Source: a virus
Lineage: Duplodnaviria; Caudoviricetes
Virus record (IMG/VR): IMGVR_UViG_3300048890_000087
Coordinates: 1 to 45,842 of that record
DNA length: 45,842 nucleotides
Reading direction: 5' to 3' (one strand)
Both the position numbers and the translations under genes were made by a program. Of this stretch, positions 34,872 through 42,948 are shown in pieces. The notes below the pieces were generated by a model. It did not search any database, was not told where the DNA came from, and was given only the letters and a program-made list of their open reading frames with translations. Positions within the stretch are counted from its first letter, which is position 1; every line of letters starts with the position of its first letter.

Positions 34872-35233
34872 TTCGAATCCTTCTCTGGCGATTCCGGTTT
34901 GGTCTCTTGAAGTTTGATGTTTGCCGGTTGCTCGATCGGATAGCCGGGCAACCATGCCCAGCCGAGATAATCGAGGACTTCCACTTCAGCGCTCTCAAAA
35001 GCGCCTCGGTCCGTGCGGCTGCATTCTGTAATGAATCGCGTCATGACACCACCGGCTTCAGCCGTGACGGGCATCAGAAAACAGCATCCGCGCCGGGCGC
35101 CGCGCATGCCTTCTTTGGTCTTTGGCGCTCCCATCACGCGCCAGACGCTAACGGCGCCTGTGTCCGTTCTCAGCAACTTGTCGCTTTTCGCAATCAGTTG
35201 TTCAAGCACATCCATCGCTTTGTCGTCGATCAC
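34868..35233 (-). CDS. Hypothetical protein
   Basis: GTGA overlap with the upstream GT gene. Confidence 0.55.
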   Translation of the reverse strand: MIDDKAMDVLEQLIAKSDKLLRTDTGAVSVWRVMGAPKTKEGMRGARRGCCFLMPVTAEAGGVMTRFITECSRTDRGAFESAEVEVLDYLGWAWLPGYPIEQPANIKLQETKPESPEKDSK

Positions 35234-35970
35234 TTCGCCACCTCTGCCGGGAACAGGTGCGCGAACTGCGAGCGCTCGCGCGGTTGGTTCCAGTTATCGA
35301 CTCCCCATTTTTCAATGAAGATCCGCATGTTCGGAATGAAGTCGCCGCCGGTCGTTGGCCCGCCGCGGAACGAGCTCACAAGCTGCGAATGGTCGACGAA
35401 GCACTGGTCGCAGATGCCGAGCTTCATGCCGGCTTTGCGCACGCGCAGACAATAGTCGTCGTCCTCCATCCCGTAATAAACAAAGCGCTCGTCGAGCAGC
35501 CCGACGGTGTTGATCGTTGAGCGCGGGATGTACACGCAGATGAAGCAGACCGTCCGCGGGTCATCGCGCAGACCCAGCTGGTTGCGCGGGTGCTGGTTCG
35601 GGTTGCCGGTGGTGTTGCAGGCGGCAGAGATGATGCCGTATTCGGGCTTGTCGCAGTGGTGGGATTCGAGCCAGTGGAAGCCGTAGCGGGATTTCAGCAG
35701 TGCGTCGTCGTTGAGGATGATCACGTCGTCATCGCCAGCGGCCAGAATGCCGATGTTCACATTGCGGGAGAAGATGAAGGGCTTGATGCCGGATATGCCG
35801 AGCAGCGGACCGCGACCACTCCCGCCGTTATCTAATGCGGAGCAGAACGGCCAGTCGACGCCGTCGTCGACCACGATGATGCGGGCGGTCTCCCCGGCGG
35901 CGCGAATGGCCTTCACGCACGGCACCAGATTCGACGCGGATTTCGAGGGAATGATGATTGAAAAGCTCAT
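35230..35970 (-). CDS. GT2-family glycosyltransferase
   Basis: FSIIIPS, IIVVDDG, FSRNVNIGI, LNDD, VGLLDERF..YGMEDDDYCLR. Confidence 0.9.
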   Translation of the reverse strand: MSFSIIIPSKSASNLVPCVKAIRAAGETARIIVVDDGVDWPFCSALDNGGSGRGPLLGISGIKPFIFSRNVNIGILAAGDDDVIILNDDALLKSRYGFHWLESHHCDKPEYGIISAACNTTGNPNQHPRNQLGLRDDPRTVCFICVYIPRSTINTVGLLDERFVYYGMEDDDYCLRVRKAGMKLGICDQCFVDHSQLVSSFRGGPTTGGDFIPNMRIFIEKWGVDNWNQPRERSQFAHLFPAEVAK

Positions 35971-36179
35971 GGCGCCTCTATGACTTCGATCACTTCCGGA
36001 TAGAACTTCGCTGTTACGCTGATCGGTCCAGCCGCATCGAAATCGACGACGGGCCCGGCATAGGCAGCATTCAGCGGGTCGCCGGTTTCAACGTCGAACA
36101 GAAGCGCCGAGCCTTTACCTGGAAACGGCCCTGCTCCTTTCGGAATCGTCAGCCGCAGCCCGACTTTCCGATACTTCAT
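35967..36179 (-). CDS. Small hypothetical protein
   Basis: TGATG-coupled; reads MKYRKVGLRL... Confidence 0.55.
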   Translation of the reverse strand: MKYRKVGLRLTIPKGAGPFPGKGSALLFDVETGDPLNAAYAGPVVDFDAAGPISVTAKFYPEVIEVIEAP

Positions 36180-36712
36180 CACTTCACGGCCTCCAGCACG
36201 GCGCGAATCTTCCACACGCGCTCGCGCGGATCCTCGCCCGACGATTCCATCTCAATCAGTTCGATCACTCTGAACGCCGCGGTAATCCCGTAGAGCTTCG
36301 ACAATCTCTGATGTGCGAACGCGCCGTGCTCGAAGTATTTGAATGTTCCGAGGCAGAACGGCGAGACATGAGTCGGGTCCTGGAAATAGCCGACACCGCG
36401 GGCGGCGTTCGGCGTTTCGACGACAGCGCGGGCGCCGGGCTTCAGGACGCGATGAAGCTCGTTCAGGAAGTGGATGCGGCCGAGCGGGTGACGTAGATTG
36501 CTACCGAGCGGATAGCACTTTACGCAATCTGTGTTCTGATGAGCGCAATCGCCGATGTGCTCGATCACGTCACCGGCGAAGACTTCGTCAACGCTCGACG
36601 TTTCCCACGGCCACGGCCCGGCGAGATCGACCAGTTCATCAGCCGGTTCAGCGATATCGATTGAGACGAAGCCGTCGAGACGGCGATCTGCGGCGCCTAA
36701 GTTCAGTTTCAT
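36179..36712 (-). CDS. Class I SAM-dependent methyltransferase (type 11-like, typical of glycan loci)
   Basis: MKLNLGA...GFVSID...VDL..PWPW..SSVDEV...VIEH...ELHRVLKPG...PN...DPTH. Confidence 0.85.
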   Translation of the reverse strand: MKLNLGAADRRLDGFVSIDIAEPADELVDLAGPWPWETSSVDEVFAGDVIEHIGDCAHQNTDCVKCYPLGSNLRHPLGRIHFLNELHRVLKPGARAVVETPNAARGVGYFQDPTHVSPFCLGTFKYFEHGAFAHQRLSKLYGITAAFRVIELIEMESSGEDPRERVWKIRAVLEAVK

Positions 36713-36864
36713 TTGCCTGCTTTCTTTCCGGCTTTGAATTGAGCCGCGTTCGGGCACGTCGCCCAGTGCGGCGTTCCGTCCGGATTGACCGGTGTCATCT
36801 TTCCGGCTGGCGTCTGCTTCCATTCGATTTCAGCGCCGCAGCCGCGGCATTTCGACGGCGTCAT
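36709..36864 (-). CDS. Small Zn-finger protein
   Basis: CRGCGAEIEW...GKMTPVNPDGTPHWATCP. Confidence 0.7.
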   Translation of the reverse strand: MTPSKCRGCGAEIEWKQTPAGKMTPVNPDGTPHWATCPNAAQFKAGKKAGK

Positions 36865-37634
36865 TCCATGACCTCGCGGCAGTGTTGATCCCATTCCGGC
36901 ACGCGGGACCAGTGGTGCGGCGCGTCCTGCATGGCTTTCGGCTCGTATGCTTTCGAAGTGTTACCGGCGTGGATGCGCGCGATCATGCGCGGGTCAGCGC
37001 CTCGCATCAGGTTCATCGTTGAATCGACGACGATCTTCACTTTGGCGTGCGCGACCTGCTTCAGCCAGTCGGTGTCCTCGCCATAGCTGGTATCGGGAAA
37101 CGGGAAGCGCTGCCAGACCGAGCGCCGGTACATCAGCGAGGTGCCAAGGATGGAACCGGTATAGAGCCACGCCTCGCCTGAATCGTCGTTCTCATGACGC
37201 GGACAGGATTGCGTGATCTCTGCGCACAAACACGGCGGCTCGCGCCAGAAGAGCATCTCGGTGTAGCCGACCACGTCCGCGCCGGTCGCTTCCATCAGCG
37301 CGACCTGTTCTGCGATCCGGTTCGGTTGACTCCAGTCGTCGTCATCCCAGTGGCAGATGATGTCCGGGTGAATGCCAGTCCAAATCCCTTCCACAGACCA
37401 ACTGATCGCCCATGAGGCCGCTTCATTTCGCAAGGCTCCCACCGTTTTGCCGTCGCGTTCACCCCGACAATAGATATGCGCCCCTGATGGCGACCCGAGC
37501 GGATCCTCGCCTGAATCGTAGATGACGAGGCACTTGCGCTCATACGTCTGGGCCCGGAAGCATTCGACAGCGCGCCGCGCCAGCGCCGGGCGATCCCGCG
37601 TCAACATCACCGCGCACACCGTCGGCTCGGTCAT
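36861..37634 (-). CDS. GT2-family glycosyltransferase
   Basis: VCAVMLTRDR...FRAQTY, VGALRN, HWDDDDWS.PNRI..QV, GEDTDW. Confidence 0.85.
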   Translation of the reverse strand: MTEPTVCAVMLTRDRPALARRAVECFRAQTYERKCLVIYDSGEDPLGSPSGAHIYCRGERDGKTVGALRNEAASWAISWSVEGIWTGIHPDIICHWDDDDWSQPNRIAEQVALMEATGADVVGYTEMLFWREPPCLCAEITQSCPRHENDDSGEAWLYTGSILGTSLMYRRSVWQRFPFPDTSYGEDTDWLKQVAHAKVKIVVDSTMNLMRGADPRMIARIHAGNTSKAYEPKAMQDAPHHWSRVPEWDQHCREVME

Positions 37635-37744
37635 GCAATCCTCTTGGCCTTCCCGCACTTGTGGCCCAGCATCTTCCGCGCGTTCATCTTTTTTCCGCAT
37701 CCGGCGCACTGCCTGATCACCGGCGGCCGCCCTCTTTTAGCCAC
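37631..37744 (-). CDS. AT-hook/Zn-finger microprotein (37 aa), first gene of the glycan island
   Basis: Hand-translated from GTG: AKRGRPPVIRQCAGCGKKMNARKMLGHKCGKAKRIA; its stop overlaps the GT start (ATGA). Confidence 0.6.
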   Translation of the reverse strand: MAKRGRPPVIRQCAGCGKKMNARKMLGHKCGKAKRIA

Positions 37745-37750
37745 CCGGTC

Positions 37751-37779
37751 ATTGTTCCACCGAATTAGTACCAAATCAA
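37751..37779 (-). promoter_or_regulatory. Putative leaderless promoter for the glycan island
   Basis: TTGATT-N17-AACAAT, 6 nt before GTG 37744, in an AT-rich gap after TerL. Confidence 0.45.
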
Positions 37780-37800
37780 CTATTTCCAAGATTAAATATC

Positions 37801-39192
37801 TTAGATTGTGATTCTGTACGGCTGCGAGAACTGCACCTGCATCTCCGCATCGCTGTTATCGATCAGCAGTTCCGTCACGCCCCACACCAGCGCATCAAGA
37901 CGATCCGGCGACGGCTCATTGCCCTGCGGCGTCCACTCGCACATCTGGTCCTCAAGATCCTCGAGCATGCCAACGTGATGCACCCGCCCCTGCTCATAGA
38001 GCGCACTCACCGGCTCGGCCCGGATGTACTTCCCGCGCGAAGCCCGCACCGCCCGCACCGCGATATTCGGATCCACGCCGCGAATGTTGGCTTCGACCAG
38101 ATCCCCGCCGTTATTCACTTCGCAGACAATGCGATCGGCCTGGTGGTACCGGTAGGCCGCGACTGCCACCTTCGCCCAGCCGAGCACCGATTCCCGGCAC
38201 GACAGATCCCTGAGCACCAGCACGTGCATGGTGTCGGTAAGCGCCAGCACGACTATGCCGGTTTCGTCCGAGTTCTCGCGATGCGTGACAGCCGGGTCGA
38301 TGGCAATGATGGTCCGGACCAGCCGGTCCCGGCGGATCTGCTCGGCGTGTATGCGCGTGGCGTCCAGCAGGCTTCGCGTCCACAGCGCCCCGGGCACATC
38401 CTCGAGGATCTGCGCATGAATCTCCTGCCGGCCAAGCCGCGTGCCTTCGTACGGCGCGATCACGCGCGAGTAATAGCGCTCTGACAGGTTCGCTCTGTTC
38501 TCATAGCTCGATCCGCGGGTGATGACCGTATCGGGCGCCGCGACGATCTCCTTCAGTGTCTTGATCGGCTTCGGCGTGGTGGTGATGATGCCGCGCAGGT
38601 CCGGCGTGATAACACGAAAGCCGAACATGATCTGGTCGAATGCTTCTTTTGGATAATTCCACGCACAAATTTCATCTGCCCAGAACTTGGTGAACTGCGG
38701 TCCGCGGAGTCGTTCGGGCTCATCCGCGGACCGCGTTATACCCACTGCACCTGATGGGAACTCGACCAGATGCCGTGAGGATGTGAATATCGGCCTGCGT
38801 GCCGAGGGATAGCACTGCAGCAGCCCGGATGGCCCCTCAATCATCACGTCGCGAACGTCGGCCACTGTGGGCGCAATCATCAGTATGCGGGCGTTCGGGT
38901 CTTCCGCCCACTCTCGCACCGCTTCAGCACCGACTCGGGTCTTGCCCCAGCCGCGGCCCGCGAGGCAAAGCCAGAGCAGCCAGTCCGTGCGGGTTTCGGA
39001 AGCGCCGCGGGTCCCGGGCAGGATCTGGTTCGGGCGGCCGTTCCAGCGCCAGTCCCAGAGAATGGAATCCGCCGTTTCCTCGTCGAGATCACTGAACAGT
39101 TTCGCCCGATCGGATTCGCTCAGCAACGCCAGCGATTCGATCTTCGAGAGCGCGTTTAGCTGTGTCGGTGTTGCGGAATTCAATAGGCCCAT
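37801..39192 (-). CDS. terL: Terminase large subunit
   Basis: Walker A AGRGWGKT, LRGPQF..FWADE (Walker B), TTTP, AIDPA..DETG, PDRLDA nuclease motifs. Confidence 0.92.
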   Translation of the reverse strand: MGLLNSATPTQLNALSKIESLALLSESDRAKLFSDLDEETADSILWDWRWNGRPNQILPGTRGASETRTDWLLWLCLAGRGWGKTRVGAEAVREWAEDPNARILMIAPTVADVRDVMIEGPSGLLQCYPSARRPIFTSSRHLVEFPSGAVGITRSADEPERLRGPQFTKFWADEICAWNYPKEAFDQIMFGFRVITPDLRGIITTTPKPIKTLKEIVAAPDTVITRGSSYENRANLSERYYSRVIAPYEGTRLGRQEIHAQILEDVPGALWTRSLLDATRIHAEQIRRDRLVRTIIAIDPAVTHRENSDETGIVVLALTDTMHVLVLRDLSCRESVLGWAKVAVAAYRYHQADRIVCEVNNGGDLVEANIRGVDPNIAVRAVRASRGKYIRAEPVSALYEQGRVHHVGMLEDLEDQMCEWTPQGNEPSPDRLDALVWGVTELLIDNSDAEMQVQFSQPYRITI

Positions 39193-39523
39193 CGTTTTCC
39201 CCGGTGAATACGGCCTTGACGGTTTCGCGCCAGCCCATGCGCGTCTTGGCCCAGAAACATAACGCCCCGAGGTTGCCCTCCTGCATGAGCTTGACCAGCC
39301 CCTGTGCGCACAGCCCGTTGACTTTGGTTACACCGACAGCCAACTCGTGACTGAAGTGCTTACGCATAGTCTTGAGATCGATGCCGCGGGTGCCGAGACA
39401 GCGGGCTATGTCTTCCCGTCGGATGCCAGCGCCGGTCATCACGAGTACGGCAGTGCGGTCGGCTTCAGTGGGCTGGTATGGTGGCTGGCCGCGGCCTCTT
39501 TTATTAGGCTGGGAAGTATTCAA
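39089..39523 (-). CDS. terS: Terminase small subunit
   Basis: HTH-like GIRREDIARCLG...TMRKHF..EL, GNLGALCFWAKTRMGWRE, TGENDGPI; immediately upstream of TerL; TTG start. Confidence 0.75.
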   Translation of the reverse strand: MNTSQPNKRGRGQPPYQPTEADRTAVLVMTGAGIRREDIARCLGTRGIDLKTMRKHFSHELAVGVTKVNGLCAQGLVKLMQEGNLGALCFWAKTRMGWRETVKAVFTGENDGPIEFRNTDTAKRALEDRIAGVAERIRSGETVQ

Positions 39524-40809
39524 ACTGCGGCTTCCTCCGTTTCTTCCTTGATGGCGTCCTGACGCTCGAGTTGGCGCCCGAATTTGACCTGTTCGAAGGT
39601 CAGGCCGGCGTGGCCGTCGAGCGTGGCCTTTTTGCCGGTCAGTTTCTCCCAACGGGCTACGATCACATCGCAATAGGCGGGATTAATCTCGAGTCCGTAA
39701 CAGCGGCGCTCAGTGGCTTCGGCGGCGATGAATTGCGGCCCTGATCCGGCGAATGGTTCGTATGCGATCTCGCGGCGTCTCAGGTGCTTCAGGATCGGGC
39801 GGCGGAATAGTTCGACCGGCTTGGGAGTGGAATGCGCAAAATCTTTGCGGTCAGCCATAGAGACGCCGCTTACATCCCAGACGGTAGTGTCTGTATGCCC
39901 CGTAAGATTTACTGGCTCATGCCCTTTGACCCAGCCCATGAAGCAAAGCTCGTGTTTCCAGTGGTACTGGCCACGACCAAAAACCAGAACGGGTTTAACC
40001 CAGATGATCTGGCGATGGAGGATAACGTGCGCAGCAGCAGCAGCAGCAGCAGCAGCAAAGAATCCTTGGGTGAGCATGGCGTGCCACAGATACCACGCTG
40101 CGTCAGGCTTCAGAACAATCAACGCCGCACGAAAAGCCTTCTCAAGAAACGCCTGCAATGCCTCGTCCTCGTGATGATCGCCTGAAATCTTCGCGTATGA
40201 AACGCCGTGCTCATGGAGTTGTGCGCTGTCGTAACTGATCCCGTACGGTGGGTCCGTGTTCATCAGCCCGGCCCGCTCGTCACCCATGACGCGCTGCACA
40301 TCCGCCTCGCTCGTCGAATCCCCGCACAACAGCCGATGCCCGCCCAGCAGCCACAAATCACCCGCCCGCGTCACCGGATCCACCGGCACCGGCGGCACTT
40401 CATCTTCCGCCGCATTCGGCACCAGCGTGAACTGATCAATTTCCCGCGAATCAAACCCGGTCAGCGACAGATTGAACTCAAGCGCCTTCAGTTCCCCGAA
40501 CTCAATCGACAGCGCGTCCAGATCCCAATCCGCCCAGTTCACTGACCGATTCACCATCAACCGGAATGCCTTCACCTGCGCCTCCGACCAGCCATCGCAG
40601 AAGATTGCAGGCAACTCCGCAAACTGCTTCGATTTGACGGCCGCCTTCAGCCGCAAATGCCCATCGATCACTTCACCCGATGAGCGCACCAGCATCGGCA
40701 CTGTGAACCCGAATTCCGCGATCGATGCCACCATCCGGTCGACGGCCTGATCGTTTTTTCGCGGGTTCCGCTCGTATGGCTTGAACCACTCGATCGGCCG
40801 ATAAACCAC
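39520..40809 (-). CDS. ParB-N domain fused to an N6-adenine/N4-cytosine DNA methyltransferase (beta class)
   Basis: PYERNPRKND...IDGHLRLKA (ParB-N); HRLLCGDST, TDPPY, HSTPKPVEL, EPFAGSG. Confidence 0.9.
   Translation of the reverse strand: MVYRPIEWFKPYERNPRKNDQAVDRMVASIAEFGFTVPMLVRSSGEVIDGHLRLKAAVKSKQFAELPAIFCDGWSEAQVKAFRLMVNRSVNWADWDLDALSIEFGELKALEFNLSLTGFDSREIDQFTLVPNAAEDEVPPVPVDPVTRAGDLWLLGGHRLLCGDSTSEADVQRVMGDERAGLMNTDPPYGISYDSAQLHEHGVSYAKISGDHHEDEALQAFLEKAFRAALIVLKPDAAWYLWHAMLTQGFFAAAAAAAAAHVILHRQIIWVKPVLVFGRGQYHWKHELCFMGWVKGHEPVNLTGHTDTTVWDVSGVSMADRKDFAHSTPKPVELFRRPILKHLRRREIAYEPFAGSGPQFIAAEATERRCYGLEINPAYCDVIVARWEKLTGKKATLDGHAGLTFEQVKFGRQLERQDAIKEETEEAAV
40031..40057. repeat. (GCA)9 trinucleotide microsatellite encoding Ala9 in the methyltransferase
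   Basis: 27-nt perfect repeat. Confidence 0.9.
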
Positions 40810-40837
40810 CTCGAGCCGCGGCGCATCCGCCTTCGGT

Positions 40838-41119
40838 TTACGTGAGCGCAGATCCGCCTCCTTCCGCCTGCATCATCACCAGCAACAGCTTCGCATCCGC
40901 CTCGATCGCAAGCGCCGCCGTCACAAGCACCCGCAGCGTCCCGTGATAATCCTCCACAGCCTCGGGCAGATGCTTCAACTGGTCGTTCAGGTGCTTCGCC
41001 ATATGCATCATCCGGCCCCAGATCACAATCGCCGGAACGTGCTCGCCCGGTGGTGGCGCGGGCGGCAGCGCCGGTTTCCCGTTCACCGCCGGCGGAAAGT
41101 GAATCGTGCGCGTACTCAT
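40838..41119 (-). CDS. Hypothetical protein
   Basis: 93-aa ORF, ATGA-coupled. Confidence 0.6.
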   Translation of the reverse strand: MSTRTIHFPPAVNGKPALPPAPPPGEHVPAIVIWGRMMHMAKHLNDQLKHLPEAVEDYHGTLRVLVTAALAIEADAKLLLVMMQAEGGGSALT

Positions 41120-41880
41120 CCAGACGCCTCTTTCGTCTCACCTTCAGGCTGTTTCGTCTCGCCTTCGAGGATCTTCCGCGTTTCGTCCTTCTCCGCACTC
41201 GCCGCCTGCTGGCGCTTGATGGCTTCGATCTCCTGCGGAGTCACTGACCGCGGCGGCTTGCGCACGATGGGTGCCTGTGTTGTCCGCGCCAGCGCCCCGT
41301 ACTCGGTTTCGCCTTCGCGCATGACCGGCTTCGATCGAAGCGGTGGCATGAGTTTCACTAGCGCGATACTGGTCACCGTCTGCAAAATTTCCGGTGCAAC
41401 GGTATCCCCGGCACCAGCTGCCAGTTGCTTCGGCCTCTCATCCGGCGGCCGCTCACTTGGAATCCCATCGGGAAATACCTCCGAGGCCCCAATGGCGTCC
41501 TGCCCATCGAGCGGTGGGTGCGAATTGCAGTAGACCCGCCGCAGTTCGATCACACCCGGCCACCTGGAATACAGCCGTACCATCCGCATCGCGAGCCACT
41601 TCGCCTGTGCTTCCGACTCGCACATCGATCCCAGTTCGGCCGCGATCGCACCCCGGGCCCCTGCCTCCGACGGAAAGAACTCCATCGCTGCCATGATCTC
41701 CGTGCACAGCGTCGCGCACTCCGACGAAATCGCCGGCGTCATCTCGCGCTGTTTCGGCGGTCTGCCCCTCGCTGCCAGCGCCTGGCCTCGAGCACAATCG
41801 CAGCGTTTCAGCCCCGTGGGTGTCTCGATCCAGCTGCCGCCGAACGGCCAGCACTTCTCGCATGCTTCCGGTAAATTCAT
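41116..41880 (-). CDS. Replication-associated protein (putative helicase loader/inhibitor with an N-terminal Zn finger)
   Basis: CEKC..GGSW....KRCDC; WPGVIELR; directly after the initiator gene. Confidence 0.5.
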   Translation of the reverse strand: MNLPEACEKCWPFGGSWIETPTGLKRCDCARGQALAARGRPPKQREMTPAISSECATLCTEIMAAMEFFPSEAGARGAIAAELGSMCESEAQAKWLAMRMVRLYSRWPGVIELRRVYCNSHPPLDGQDAIGASEVFPDGIPSERPPDERPKQLAAGAGDTVAPEILQTVTSIALVKLMPPLRSKPVMREGETEYGALARTTQAPIVRKPPRSVTPQEIEAIKRQQAASAEKDETRKILEGETKQPEGETKEASG

Positions 41881-42684
41881 TTACTGCCTCAGTAACTTCG
41901 CAATTGCATTCACTTCCTCGCGCCGCTTCTGGTTTTTGTCCGGCGCGCGCGGCCTCGCCCCGTTCCCGTTTACCACTACCGGTCGCTTCCAGTCCACACG
42001 CAGCCAGTACCCGAGAGTCGATGAGTTCAGCAGCCCGGCGGCCACCCTTGCGCGAAGGTGCCCCAGCGCCTGTTCCTGCTGACCCTGATCGAACGCTTTC
42101 CAGTACTTGTGGTTCAACGCAAAATCCTCGTCGATGGCGTCAGATCGTGCTGCCCGCCACGCGGCCACTAAAGGCGCATAGGTTGCGTCGCATTCCCATT
42201 CCGCAGGGAGCCGGATCGGTGGTGGTGCCGCTGCTGGCGCCGTGATCCCCACATTCCCCACAGAAGCTTCTCTACAACAACTACTACTACTCTCTTCTTC
42301 TGTATCTGCTTTCCATCTGCTCTCTATCTCCATCTGCTCTTGGTCGGAAGTGTGTCTGGACTTTTTTGAGTACTCGTCCTTATATTTCAGTATCTTGGGA
42401 ATTTCGATTTGCCATCGATTCTCCGTCGATTGCAAAGAGATCAGGTTTTTTTCGGCGAAACAAAGTGCAAACTTCCTCCAAACTCTGACCGAACAGTGAC
42501 AAATCGCCGCCCATTGTACGACCGAATGAGTGGCCACCGGACTCAGTTTTCCGGGCTCCATGGGCGCCGCGATGTGCTCGACCATGAGCCAGTAAACGCC
42601 GTAGGCTTCGGCTCCGAATTCTTCGAGCAGAAACGCGATTGCCTTGTCGGCGTGAGCCATGGAAAGATGTTTCAGCCACCGCAT
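41881..42684 (-). CDS. Phage replication initiator (DUF4373-like N-terminus)
   Basis: MRWLKH....DKAIAFLLEEFGAEAYGVYWLMVE; low-complexity linker with short DNA repeats. Confidence 0.7.
   Translation of the reverse strand: MRWLKHLSMAHADKAIAFLLEEFGAEAYGVYWLMVEHIAAPMEPGKLSPVATHSVVQWAAICHCSVRVWRKFALCFAEKNLISLQSTENRWQIEIPKILKYKDEYSKKSRHTSDQEQMEIESRWKADTEEESSSSCCREASVGNVGITAPAAAPPPIRLPAEWECDATYAPLVAAWRAARSDAIDEDFALNHKYWKAFDQGQQEQALGHLRARVAAGLLNSSTLGYWLRVDWKRPVVVNGNGARPRAPDKNQKRREEVNAIAKLLRQ
42272..42400. other. Putative replication origin inside the initiator gene
   Basis: ATCTGCT three times (CATCTGCTCT at 42314 and 42331), CTA triplet run and an AT-rich flank. Confidence 0.35.
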
Positions 42685-42948
42685 TCATGCCGCCTCCAAA
42701 TTCTTTGGTTCGCCGTCCATGAGCCGATGCACTTCCTCGATCCAGATGGCGCAGTCGTATTTATTTGAATACGGGCAGATCGAGCCGATGGCCAGGTAGA
42801 TTTCGATCTCGGGTTTGCCCTGGTGGGCTTTGATGACGTTCTCGATCATGCGGGCGGATTGGGCGCGGAGTGCGTCGGTGCGGGTGCCGGCGGGTGCGTA
42901 TGCCAGGGTGGCATTCTGGCTGCGCTCGGCATGAGAGAGGTCAGCCAT
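42685..42948 (-). CDS. Hypothetical protein
   Basis: 87-aa ORF, coupled. Confidence 0.6.
   Translation of the reverse strand: MADLSHAERSQNATLAYAPAGTRTDALRAQSARMIENVIKAHQGKPEIEIYLAIGSICPYSNKYDCAIWIEEVHRLMDGEPKNLEAA

Noticed and set aside
41131-41167. Short repeat TTTCGTCTC(A/G)CCTTC
   Set aside because: Encodes a low-complexity EGETK peptide duplication at a protein C-terminus; no sign of other function
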